Shown here one piece after another: positions 12,663-24,560 of a DNA stretch of 64,000 nt; within the stretch, counting starts at the first letter, position 1, and the number at the start of each line of letters is the position of its first letter. The translations under genes were made by a program, and so were the position numbers. Source of the stretch: Macrostomum lignano (lineage: Eukaryota); NCBI GenBank assembly GCA_002269645.1, contig NIVC01000094.1, forward strand, positions 806,001 to 870,000, given 5' to 3'. The notes under the pieces were generated by a model that worked only from the letters and a program-made list of their open reading frames with translations, was not told the DNA's origin and made no database searches.

Positions 12663-12864
12663 CCCTGTGGTTATTCCTGTCGTGTCTTTAATGTAAATTA
12701 TGCTAACGTATGCAAGGCCCGATTTAACTTTCCTTAATAACTGAATAATATATACATATACGTAGTTGCACGTGCTAATTCTTACCTGTTAATAGCATTT
12801 TGCTTTTTATTTGACGACTAAATATGTAGCTTATCCTCTGAATTAAGTCCCTATTTTTAAACAC

Positions 12865-13460
12865 CTCAGTCCCCAGTTCAAATACCCAAGACCCAGTTCA
12901 AACACCCCAGTCACCATTTCGAACACCCCAAATCCCCATTTCAAACACTTCAAATCCCCATTTCAAACACCCGAATCCCCATTTCAAACACCCAAATCCC
13001 AATTTCAAACACCCAAATCCCCATTTCAAACACCCCAAATCCCCATTTCAAACACCCCGAATCCCCATTTCAAACACCCGAGTCCCCATTTCAAACACCC
13101 CCAAATCCCCATTTCAAACACCCCGAATCCCCATTTCAAACACCCCAAATCCCCATTTCAAACACCGAGTCCCCATTTCAAACACCCAAATCTCCATTTC
13201 AAACACCCAAATCCCCATTTCAAGCACCCGAATCCCCATTTCAAACATTCAAATCCCCATTTCAAACACCCCAAATCCCCATTTCAAGCACCCGAGTCCC
13301 CACTTCAAGCACCCGAATCCCCATTTCAAACACCCCAAATCCCCATTTCAAACACCCGAGTCCCCATTTCAAACACCCCCAAATCCCCATTTCAAACACC
13401 CCAAATCCCCATTTCAAACACCCGAGTCCCCACTTCAAGCACCCGAATCCCCATTTTATG
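12865..13460 (+). repeat. 21-22 bp minisatellite (AAATCCCCATTTCAAACACCCC)n at the start of duplication unit A
   Basis: Read directly; same unit as 19204-22740. Confidence 0.95.
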
Positions 13461-13817
13461 CACCAGAGTCCCAGTGTTAGGAGATGTCCACCAAGAGCAA
13501 TCTTTATTCTTTAATGACGTGAATTCTTACTTAAACAAATTAGCTCATAATTTATGCTCAGCGGCGGCCGAGAGCCAGGTCACGTGATGTCCCTGTACCC
13601 GATGCCAGGTGCTCAGGAAGATCTGCCCGAGCACCCAGCCTGCTGGAGGTATCCCATTGGAATGAGCTGATTGATTAGATTGATTTAATTAAATTCGCAG
13701 TCCTGTGCGCCGATCTGTGTCTATCAGTCAGTCTGTGTTGCTCCGGCTGCGCCAGGGACTGACTTTGAGCTGAGTTGAGCCTGGCCTTGGATTGATGCGT
13801 CGGGTGCAGACAGCTTT

Positions 13818-13830
13818 TGACCTTTGACCT
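13818..13830 (-). promoter_or_regulatory. Perfect DR1 nuclear-receptor motif AGGTCA-A-AGGTCA, with an E-box TCACGTGA nearby at about 13580
   Basis: TGACCTTTGACCT on the + strand; same motif at 23102-23114. Function untested. Confidence 0.35.
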
Positions 13831-14282
13831 TTGTCTTGACTTTATTAGTGCTTGTGTGTGAGCCAATGACTTTTCGTTGCGTGTTAAACATTTGTTTCTT
13901 TTCTGTACATGCAGCCATGATGATGCACCCAGGATGACGGGTAGCAACTGAGACGGGTCACTGTTTGACCGATGAGACGAACTTTCAAAATAATGTTGAT
14001 GATATAAATTGGGATATGAAGGTTGGGGATAAAGAAGTGGGGAATCATAAAAGAATTTACACTGTACTATACCTCGCTAAAATTGCTTTTCATTTCTCGT
14101 ATTTGCCTAGTTTTGTGCGTTGCGCTTGCTGTTGTTATCGTTGATATTTCTGTTTTTTTAATCGACTTGTTTCCGGTGCTTGTTTACACGACAGACATGA
14201 TGAACTTTATTGCTGTTTCTCTCTCGCTTGACTTCCGTGTGACTTCATTTGATGGCCACCGAACAGTTTTAAATGTACATGT

Positions 14283-14431
14283 GCACTTCACTGTGCCTTT
14301 GTGGTGTTTGCCCTCAAAGGCGTTAATTGGCAACAGCAGACCTAAGCCATAATTCCAAATTAATGTGCCTGCGCTTGGAATCGAGCCCAGGCCGCTGGCG
14401 CATCAGACCACTAGGCTACGGCGTACGGCCC
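14283..14431 (-). mobile_element. tRNA-derived SINE family 2, partial copy
   Basis: Minus strand reads CGTAGCCTAGTGGTC (A-box) and GGCTCGATTCC (B-box). Homologous to 25340-25500. Confidence 0.55.
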
Positions 14432-14597
14432 CCAGGCAGATTGGCAGATAGATATTAGACAAAGTTGCAGATAATGGACAAATTGGTAGATGGCAGAATT
14501 GGTAGGTTAGACATGCGACAAATTAGCATGTAGATGCAGAAATTATCCACTCAAAATTGTCCCCCGTCGCAAAATGTTGCAGTGAATCGCGCCAGCC

Positions 14598-17500
14598 ATG
14601 TCAGTCGAATACGTGCCAGTTGCTGAGGACGAGGGCGACGACCCGATAGAGGTGCCCACCGAGGCCGGCGGAGTCCTGCTGCTGTCCACCCTGGCCGCGC
14701 AGTTCCCCGGCCTCACCGGCCTGCGCTACCGCAACCCGGACACCAGCGCCATGCGGGCAGTGCGCCTCACGGACGGTGTACTGTACCCGCCGCCGGAGTT
14801 CAACTCCTGGAGTCACAACGGCAACGTGGTCTACTTGTGCACCTTTCCCAAGGACAACAAGCGCAAAGTGGACGAGCAATCCGGCGACGCGCCCGACTTC
14901 CGGCCGAAGAAGCCGGACAGGAAAAAGTGCACAGACCTGATTGTGCTCGGCCTGCACTTCAAAGCTAGCGAAGAGGATTTGAAGAGCTATTTCTCCAAGT
15001 TCGGCGAAGTGGTCATGTCTCAGATCAAGCGGAACTCGGAAGGCGGCAGTCGGGGCTACGGGTTCATTCGGTTTGCCGAGTTCGAGTCCCAGATCGACTG
15101 TCTGACCTGCCCGAAGCATCATATAATGGTGCGACTGCGCGGGACTTTGCTGCTTTTTCTGGGCCCCTGGCCTGCTAAGAAAACGCCCCCCCCCCCTGAA
15201 CAATTAATCATTTAGAATGTCTCCCACCCAACAGTTGAGAATCGCCCCAATCCATTGAGAGTGGTCCCAACCATTGAGAATCGCTCCCTACCATTGAGAA
15301 TCGGTATTTTTAACTATCTATGGTCACGCAGTAATATTGAATAAAGCCCTTAATTATTTTCCCTTCTCTTCGTTGTAAGAAATATACACGTAGGAATGCA
15401 ATTCTGGCTACGCTGCACTCAGCCACGAGCCCGACCTCAGATAATTGAAGTTTATCAAGAAATTCAAATACACTTACGAGTCACAATGGCGTTGCGACTC
15501 GATAGTTTGGAACTGGCCGATCTGGATCGCGCAATTACCTAGTTGAAGGCCTTTGAGGCCCTGGGACGAGCAAAGAAGTGGGATGATACAGCAGACTCCC
15601 GACAAATCGCAGACAATTTCTTGGCAGTCTGTGGATTATCAGCTCTAGAGATAATCACCTATCTTTTCGCTCCAAAGCCCAAAGGATATTGAGACTGCGC
15701 CTTAGCAATATCGAGGCAGCGATCAACACTTTCCGTTTCCTACAACCCAAAGAGCGCGTCGTGGTAGCAAAACGAACAAAATTTTCCTCACAACGTCAAG
15801 CCGCAAATGAGTCGATCACCAAGTTTCTCTCCTGTGTTCGCCAGGCTGCGGCATACTGCAAGTTTGACTCTCTCAAAACATGTATCAGTACAGAAGAAGA
15901 AATGGTGCTTCTGTCTCTCATCGTAGGCCTGTGCAACGCCGAACATCAGCGCCACATTTTGGTAATCCTCCAAAAAAGGAACTTAATGTGGCAGAGATCG
16001 TTGATGAAATCCAAAATTTGGAACAAGTGAAGACCTTTGTGAGAGATCGTGAAACGTCGGGAGTCCAAAAGCCCATTGCGGTTCAACTCGAAGACGGAGA
16101 AATTCACTTTGCAAATTATAAAAGCAAGTGCACAATGGCGGCCCTTCCAAACTCGGTAGAGACCGACGTCGTGTTGACAATTGCAAATTCTGCGGCAAAT
16201 CCCACCCCACTGGGAAATGTCCTGCCTTTGCCTTTGGCAAGACATGCTCCAAATGCAACAAACTCAATCATTTCGGATCGGTGTGCCGATCATCAGCAGG
16301 TATTCATCATGCAAAGACGACGACTGACGCTTCCGACTCTGACATCTCTGAAGTCCTTTATCTTACCGACGTTGATCTCGTCCATAATCTATCCATGGCA
16401 ACTGAATATATTCTCATTGATGGTAAATTGCGATTCCAATGCAAGTGGACACAGGCACATCTGTGTTCGTGATATCAAGTAATCTCTGGGAGTCACTGCA
16501 TCGACCAGCGCTACAAAGTGCCACCGGCGCCTTGAAGCCTATGATGGCCACACTCTCAAAACGTTAGGAAAGCTCCTCACCACCGTCGAGATGCAAGGCC
16601 GTCTCCATCCGACCGAGCTCATGGGTGTCGCTTCAACAAAACAATTACATTTGTTGGGACGCGACTTGCTGGATTCCGACTCAATTTTCCAGACATCCGT
16701 GGCTCCTACGGTCGAACCCCTGCCACTAATAAGGGCGTCACGGCTCGAATGGAGTTGGTCGATGGAGCCAGACCGCAATTCTGCCGAGCCCGCCCTGTGC
16801 CCATTGCACTGGAGTGCCAGATCAACGCTGAGCTGGACAGACTCGAGCAACTGATCGTTATTGGGAGAATTGAAGGCCGCGTGAGTAATTCATCGCCTGT
16901 CGTTGGGTCAAAAAGAAAGATGGTTCCTACAACCTACTGGCTCAGATCTGCTAGTGGCCTGGAATGCAGCGCGATGTCGAGCAGTTCGTGCATCAATGTC
17001 CCAGTTATATTCGGCTGCGACCTCGTCTACAGAAGATAAGAGACGTTTGGCCACCTACGAGCTTTCCGTTACAACGGCTTCACAAGGACTAGGTATTCAT
17101 ACCTGAGGTAGGCAACATTCTCATCGTTGTGGACGCATACTCCCGGCTATATTGAGGCTTTCCCAACAAAAGATCGGTCCACGAACAAGGTCATCAACTG
17201 CTTGCGTACTGTTTTTACTCGATTCGGTGTCCCACAAGTGATTGTGTCTGACAACGGAGCAGAATTCACCTCGGCCTCTTTGGTGTCCTGGTTGGAAGCC
17301 AATGGAGCGCCGAAGATGGAGACCCTTCCGTACTCACTGCAGTCCAACCGTCTTGCTGAACGGACCGTGCAAACCGTGAAAAAGGCACTTCGGGCCTGGA
17401 CCCAACGCATGACTCACTCCAAATTTATTGCCTTTTTGCAGAAAGTTCTGCTGCGCCACAAATATTCGTCAACCTCGCATGGAAAGACGCCTGTTGAAAT

Positions 17501-18876
17501 CATTTTTGACGTCTATTACGCGTTCGTATCGTGTCAACCTTCCAGCAAGGTGATCTTAGTAGCCTAAAAGCCAAATGCCGACACTCCGTGCTCCGAGGCA
17601 AAGTTCCTAATGACCCGAGAACGGAACACATCATGACTGCTGGCGGGCGACACCCTCAAGCTGGCCAGCAACAATCAACTGGGCCTGCAGCAATCATCTA
17701 CTACTAGTACGTCCGATGAAGAAGTTGATCATCGTGTTGAGCCAACAACTTAGGTCACCAACGGCCCACCTCAAGCCGTTGAGCCTTATGTGGCCCAGTC
17801 CAACGAAGAGACCCCAAAAAGGGGCACAAGGGTCCGACGAATGCCTGGCCGAAATCAGCCATAGGAAAAATTTGCAAAAAAACTGACAACTCAATTTCGA
17901 TAGCAACAGACACTTGCAAAAGCATCGCAATTTATTGTTCATTGATAGTTGTTAACCGTTATTTTCCTAAAAGGGGGGTATGCCGTAGTTCGGGCTGCCA
18001 GCGCTATATTTTAACTATGGTCACCCTCAGTAATATTGAATAACGCCCTAAATAAACTAAACTATTTTCCCTTCTATTCGCTGTGAGAAATATATGCAAT
18101 TCGATCCTAAGAGGCAGTCGGCCACGAGCCCGACCTCGGATAATTGAAAAAATTCAAATGCACTCTTACGAGTCAGAACACCATTCGTAATCGGCCCCAC
18201 CAGTAAGAATCTCCCCCCCCCCAGCTACCATTCAGAATCGCCCTCAATTTGTTGTCTCATCAAATCACCCCCCCGCTCTGCCGCCCAGAACCGCTGGTGC
18301 GAGGTGAAGGTGCCGATCAGCCAGGCCGCCCCGGTCGGCGAGTCTCGCCGCGTTTTCGTCGGCAGCGTCACGGAGGAGATGACCAGCGAGGTGTTGAAGG
18401 ACTTCTTTAGCCAACACGGCACGGTGGAGGAGGTGTACATCCCCAAGCCGTTCCGCAACTTCGCCTTCGTCACCTTTGCCGACTCAAGCACCGTCGAACG
18501 CCTGGTCGAGCGGGACTTCGACATCGAGGGCAAAACGATCCACGTTGCCACCGTCATTCCGAAGTACGGCGGCGGCATCGGCGTCCCTGGTGGCCGCCAG
18601 ATGCGCGGCGGCCGGGGTGGCAGCGCCCAGATGGGGCCTCCGCGAGGCCGTGGGTGGCAGCCAATGGGCGGCGGCGGCGGCGGCGGTGGCCCCGGCGGCG
18701 GCCAGATCGGTTCGGGCGGCGCGCCTGGCGGCTCCGGGGTCTCCCAGGATGTGGTGAACGTCCTGGCCTCGAACCCGCAGGTTCTGGCGGCCGCCCTGAC
18801 CCAGGTGACCAGCATGGCAACAGGCGGCGGCGGGGCCATGGGCGGCGACCAGGGCGGCTACGGTAACTACTGGTAG
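14598..18876 (+). CDS. TARDBP: TDP-43 homolog, copy A; exons 14598-15128 and 18289-18876; about 372 aa
   Basis: N-terminal domain EYVPVAEDEGDDPIEVP...STL.AQFPG..GLRYRNP, NLS DNKRK, RRM1 DLIVLGL...GYGFIRF, RRM2 RRVFVG...YIPKPFRNFAFVTF, Gly-rich tail with NPQVLAAAL helix. Phase-0 intron ATG|GTGCGA...CCCAG|AAC gives HIM-NRWC (human HMIDGRWC). Confidence 0.93.
15305..18180 (+). mobile_element. Decayed, internally deleted Ty3/Gypsy (Mag-like) LTR retrotransposon in the TDP-43 copy A intron
   Basis: 5'-truncated LTR 15305-15485 (..CA) followed by TGG; 3' LTR 17981-18180 (TG..CA) after polypurine tract AAAAGGGGGG. Gag remnant with paired knuckles CKFCGKSH...CPA..GKTCSKCNKLNHF. Start of RT (ARPVPIAL...ELDRL...SPVV...KDG) fused near 16930 to the integrase Zn region (WPGMQRDVEQFV..C). 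rve core IVSDNGAEF...SN.LAERTVQTVK. Many stops and frameshifts. Confidence 0.88.
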
Positions 18877-19203
18877 CGCAGCTGCTGTGGAATCTGCAAC
18901 AACTGAAATTCTTTGTTCGTTCGTCATCCATCTATTAACAATTTTATTACAAAATTCTCTGTCGATGTTTGTGTAGCACGCAGTCAAAATTGTCGAACTG
19001 GTTACCCAAGCCAATGCGACTGATTTGTTGTCAAGTCTTGTAATAAATCTGTAGTCCAAGCTGGCGACAGTGCCCCCCCCCCGACTCCCATCGCCCTTGC
19101 TGTCCCAAATGCTGACATCAAATACAATGATTAACCAGCTGGCTATCGCGTGAGTTTTGCTTCAAATAATTTACGCGATATCCTGTTGCTGTTGTCTAGT
19201 GCA

Positions 19204-22200
19204 TTTCAACCATCTCAATCCCCATTTCAAACACCCAAATCCCCATTTCAAACACCCCAAATCCCCATTTCAAACACCCCAAATCCCCATTTCAAACACC
19301 CAAATCCCCATTTCAACCATCTCAATCCCCATTTCAAACACCCCAAATCCCCATTTCAAACACCCCAAATCCCCATTTCAAACACCCAAATCTCCATTTC
19401 AAACACCCAAATCTCCATTTCAAACACCCCAAATCCCCATTTCAAACACCCAAATCTCCATTTCAAACACCCAAATCCCCATTTCAAACACCCCAAATCC
19501 CCATTTCAAACACCCAAATCTCCATTTCAAGCACCCAAATCCCCATTTCAAACACCCCAAATCCCCATTTCAAGCACCCCAAATCCCCATTTCAAGCACC
19601 CCAAATCCCCATTTCAAGCACCCCAAATCCCCATTTCAAGCACCCCAAATCCCCATTTCAACCATCTCAATCCCATTTCAAACACCCCAAATCCCCATTT
19701 CAACCATCTCAATCCCCATTTCAAACACCCCAAATCCCCATTTCAAACACCCCAAATCCCCATTTCAACCATCTCAATCCCCATTTCAAACACCCCAAAT
19801 CCCCATTTCAAACACCCAAATCTCCATTTCAAGCACCCAAATCCCCATTTCAAACACCCCAAATCCCCATTTCAAGCACCCCAAATCCCCATTTCAAGCA
19901 CCCCAAATCCCCATTTCAAGCACCCCAAATCCCCATTTCAAGCACCCCAAATCCCCATTTCAACCATCTCAATCCCCATTTCAAACACCCCAAATCCCCA
20001 TTTCAACCATCTCAATCCCCATTTCAAACACCCCAAATCCCCATTTCAAACACCCCAAATCCCCATTTCAACCATCTCAATCCCCATTTCAAACACCCCA
20101 AATCCCCATTTCAAACACCCAAATCTCCATTTCAAACACCCAAATCCCCATTTCAAGCACCCAAATCCCAATTTCAAACACCCCAAATCCCCATTTCAAA
20201 CACCCCAAATCCCCATTTCAAGCACCCCAAATCCCCATTTCAAGCACCCAAATCCCAATTTCAAGCACCCAAATCTCCATTTCAAACACCCCAAATCCCC
20301 ATTTCAAGCACCCCAAATCCCCATTTCAAGCACCCAAATCCCCATTTCAAACACCCCAAATCCCCATTTCAAACACCCAAATCCCCATTTCAAACACCCC
20401 AAATCCCCATTTCAAACACCCAAATCCCCATTTCAAACACCCCAAATCCCCATTTCAAACACCCCAAATCCCCATTTCAAGCACCCCAAATCCCCATTTC
20501 AAGCACCCAAATCCCCATTTCAAACACCCCAAATCCCCATTTCAAACACCCAAATCCCCATTTCAAACACCCCAAATCCCCATTTCAAACACCCAAATCC
20601 ATATCTAAAACACATCAAATCCCCATTTCAAACACCCCAAATCCCCATTTCAAACACCCGAATCCCCATTTCAAACACCCCAAATCCCCATTTCAAACAC
20701 CCGAATCCCCATTTCAAACACCCCAAATCCCCATCTAAAACACATCAAATCCCCATTTCAAATACCCCAAATCCCCATTTCAAACACCCCAAATCCCCAT
20801 CTAAAACACATCAAATCCCCATTTCAAACACCCAAATCCCCATCTAAAGCACATCAAATCCCCATTTCAAACACCCCAAATCCCCATTTCAAACACCCAA
20901 AATCCCCATTTCAAACACTCCGAATCCCCATTTCAAACACCCCAAATCCCCATTTCAAACACTCCGAATCCCCATTTTAAACACCCCAAATCCCCATTTC
21001 AAACACCCCAAATCCCCATTTCAAACACCCCAAATCCCCATTTCAAACACCCAAATCTCCATTTCAAACACCCAAATCTCCATTTCAAACACCCCAAATC
21101 CCCATTTCAAACACCCAAATCTCCATTTCAAACACCCAAATCCCCATTTCAAACACCCCAAATCCCCATTTCAAACACCCAAATCTCCATTTCAAGCACC
21201 CAAATCCCCATTTCAAACACCCCAAATCCCCATTTCAAGCACCCCAAATCCCCATTTCAAGCACCCCAAATCCCCATTTCAACCATCTCAATCCCATTTC
21301 AAACACCCCAAATCCCCATTTCAACCATCTCAATCCCCATTTCAAACACCCCAAATCCCCATTTCAAACACCCCAAATCCCCATTTCAACCATCTCAATC
21401 CCCATTTCAAACACCCCAAATCCCCATTTCAAACACCCAAATCTCCATTTCAAGCACCCAAATCCCCATTTCAAACACCCCAAATCCCCATTTCAAGCAC
21501 CCCAAATCCCCATTTCAAGCACCCCAAATCCCCATTTCAAGCACCCCAAATCCCCATTTCAAGCACCCCAAATCCCCATTTCAACCATCTCAATCCCCAT
21601 TTCAAACACCCCAAATCCCCATTTCAACCATCTCAATCCCCATTTCAAACACCCCAAATCCCCATTTCAAACACCCCAAATCCCCATTTCAACCATCTCA
21701 ATCCCCATTTCAAACAAATTATTAACAGAGGCCCAAATCCCCATTTCAAACACCCAAATCTCCATTTCAAACACCCAAATCCCCATTTCAAGCACCCAAA
21801 TCCCAATTTCAAGCACCCAAATCCCCATTTCAAACACCCCAAATCCCCATTTCAAGCACCCCAAATCCCCATTTCAAGCACCCAAATCCCAATTTCAAGC
21901 ACCCAAATCTCCATTTCAAACACCCCAAATCCCCATTTCAAGCACCCCAAATCCCCATTTCAAGCACCCAAATCCCCATTTCAAACACCCCAAATCCCCA
22001 TTTCAAACACCCAAATCCCCATTTCAAACACCCCAAATCCCCATTTCAAACACCCAAATCCCCATTTCAAACACCCAAATCCCCATCTAAAACACATCAA
22101 ATCCCCATTTCAAACACCCCAAATCCCCATTTCAAACACCCAAATCCCCATTTCAAACACCCCAAATCCCCATTTCAAACACCCAAATCCCCATTTCAAA

Positions 22201-22740
22201 CACCCCAAATCCCCATTTCAAACACCCAAATCCCCATCTAAAACACATCAAATCCCCATTTCAAACACCCCAAATCCCCATTTCAAACACCCGAATCCCC
22301 ATTTCAAACACCCCAAATCCCCATTTCAAACACCCGAATCCCCATTTCAAACACCCCAAATCCCCATCTAAAACACATCAAATCCCCATTTCAAATACCC
22401 CAAATCCCCATTTCAAACACCCCAAATCCCCATCTAAAACACATCAAATCCCCATTTCAAACACCCAAATCCCCATCTAAAGCACATCAAATCCCCATTT
22501 CAAACACCCCAAATCCCCATTTCAAACACCCAAAATCCCCATTTCAAACACTCCGAATCCCCATTTCAAACACCCCAAATCCCCATTTCAAACACTCCGA
22601 ATCCCCATTTTAAACACCCCAAATCCCCATTTCAAACACCCCAAATCCCCATTTCAAACACCCCAAATCACCATTTCAAACACCCGAATCCCCATTTCAA
22701 ACATTCAAATCCCCATTTCAAACACCCCAAATCCCCATTT
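19204..22740 (+). repeat. 3.5 kb 21-22 bp minisatellite (AAATCCCCATTTCAAACACCCC)n at the duplication junction
   Basis: Read directly; source of the ORFs at 19150, 19157, 21645 and 21667. Confidence 0.97.
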
Positions 22741-23101
22741 TATGCACCAGAGTCCCAGTGTTAGGAGATGTCCACCAAGAGCAATCTTTATTCTTTAATG
22801 ACGTGAATTCTTACTTAAACAAATTAGCTCATAATTTCAGCTCAGCGGCGGCCGAGAGCCAGGTCACGTGATGTCCCTGTACCCGATGCCAGGTGCTCAG
22901 GAAGATCTGCCCGAGCACCCAGCCTGCTGGAGGTATCCCATAGGAATGAGCTGATTGATTAGATTGATTTAATTAAATTCGCAGTCCTGTGCGCCGATCT
23001 GTGTCTATCAGTCAGTCTGTGTTGCTCCGGCTGCGCCAGGGACTGACTTTGAGCTGAGTTGAGCCTGGCCTTGGATTGATGCGTCGGGTGCAGACAGCTT
23101 T

Positions 23102-23114
23102 TGACCTTTGACCT
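23102..23114 (-). promoter_or_regulatory. DR1 motif, copy in duplication unit B
   Basis: TGACCTTTGACCT. Confidence 0.35.
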
Positions 23115-23309
23115 TTGTCTTGACTTTATTAGTGCTTGTGTGTGAGCCAATGACTTTTCGTTGCGTGTTAAACATTTGTTTCTTTTCTGTACGTGTTTAG
23201 TGTTTGGGATTTATGTGGAATTGTTGAGAGTCTGCGATGCAGCTATGATGAAGGTAGGGTAGCAACTGAGAGGGGGTCACTGTTTGACCGATGAGACAAT
23301 TTTCACAAT

Positions 23310-24560
23310 AAGGTTGGGGATATAAATATGGGGATATGAAGGTTGGGCATATAAAGTTTGGGGATATGATTATGGGGATATGAAGGTTGGGGATATAAAG
23401 TTTGGGATATGATTATGGGGATATGAAGGTTGGGGATATTATTATGGGGATATGAAGGTTGGGGATATAAATATAGGGATATAAAGTTTGGGGATATGAA
23501 GGTTGAGGATATAAAGATGGGGGATATGAAGGTTGGGGATATAAAGTTTGGGGATATGAAGGTTGAGGATATAAAGATGGGGGGGTATGATGGTTGGGGA
23601 TATGAAGTTTGGGGATATAAAGATGGGGGGTATGATGGTTGGGGATATGAAGTTTGGGGATATAAAGATGGGGGATATGAAGTTTGGGGATATGAAGGTT
23701 GGGGATATAAAGATGGGGGATATGAAGGTTGGGGATATAAAGATGGGGGGGTATGATGGTTGGGGATATGAAGTTTGGGGATATGAAGGTTGAGAATATA
23801 AAGATGGGGGATATGAAGTTTGGGGATATAAAGATGGGGGTATGATGGTTGGGGATATGAAGTTTGGGGATATAAAGATGGGGGGTATGATGGTTGGGGA
23901 TATGAAGTTTGGGGATATGAAGGTTGAGGATATAAAGATGGGGGGTATGATGGTTGGGGATATGAAGTTTGGGGATATAAAGATGAGGGGTATGATGGTT
24001 GGGGATATGAAGTTTGGGGATATAAAGATGGGGGATATGAAGTTTGGGGATATGAAGGTTGGGGATATAAAGATGGGGGATATGAAGGTTGGGGATATAA
24101 AGATGGGGGGTATGATGGTTGGGGATATGAAGTTTGGGGATATGAAGGTTGAGAATATAAAGATGGGGGATATGAAGTTTGGGGATATAAAGATGAGGGG
24201 TATGATGGTTGGGGATATGAAGTTTGGGGATATAAAGATGGGGGGTATGATGGTTGGGGATATGAAGTTTGGGGATATGAAGGTTGAGGATATAAAGATG
24301 GGGGATATGAAGGTTGGGGATATAAGGGTTGGGGATATAAAGATGGGGGGTATGATGGTTGGGGATATGAAGTTTGGGGATATGAAGGTTGAGGATATAA
24401 AGATGGGGGATATGAAGGTTGGGGATATAAGGGTTGGGGATATAGAGATGGGGGGTATGATGGTTGGGGATATGAAGTTTGGGGATATGAAGATGGGTGG
24501 TATGATGGTGTGGCATATGAAGGTTGAGGTTTGATGGTTGGGGATAGAAAGATGAGGATA
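23310..24560 (+). repeat. 15 bp-based minisatellite (GGGGATATGAAGGTT/GGGGATATAAAGAT variants)
   Basis: Read directly; unit A has only about two units at 14000-14040. Confidence 0.95.

Noticed and set aside
14601-15203. Antisense ORFs over TDP-43, the receptor, Sec6 and the sHSP (e.g. 25566, 18225, 41182, 55387)
   Set aside because: Shadow frames of GC3-rich coding sequence.
19150-20847. 565 and 483 aa P/H/K/F-rich ORFs
   Set aside because: Products of the 22 bp array.
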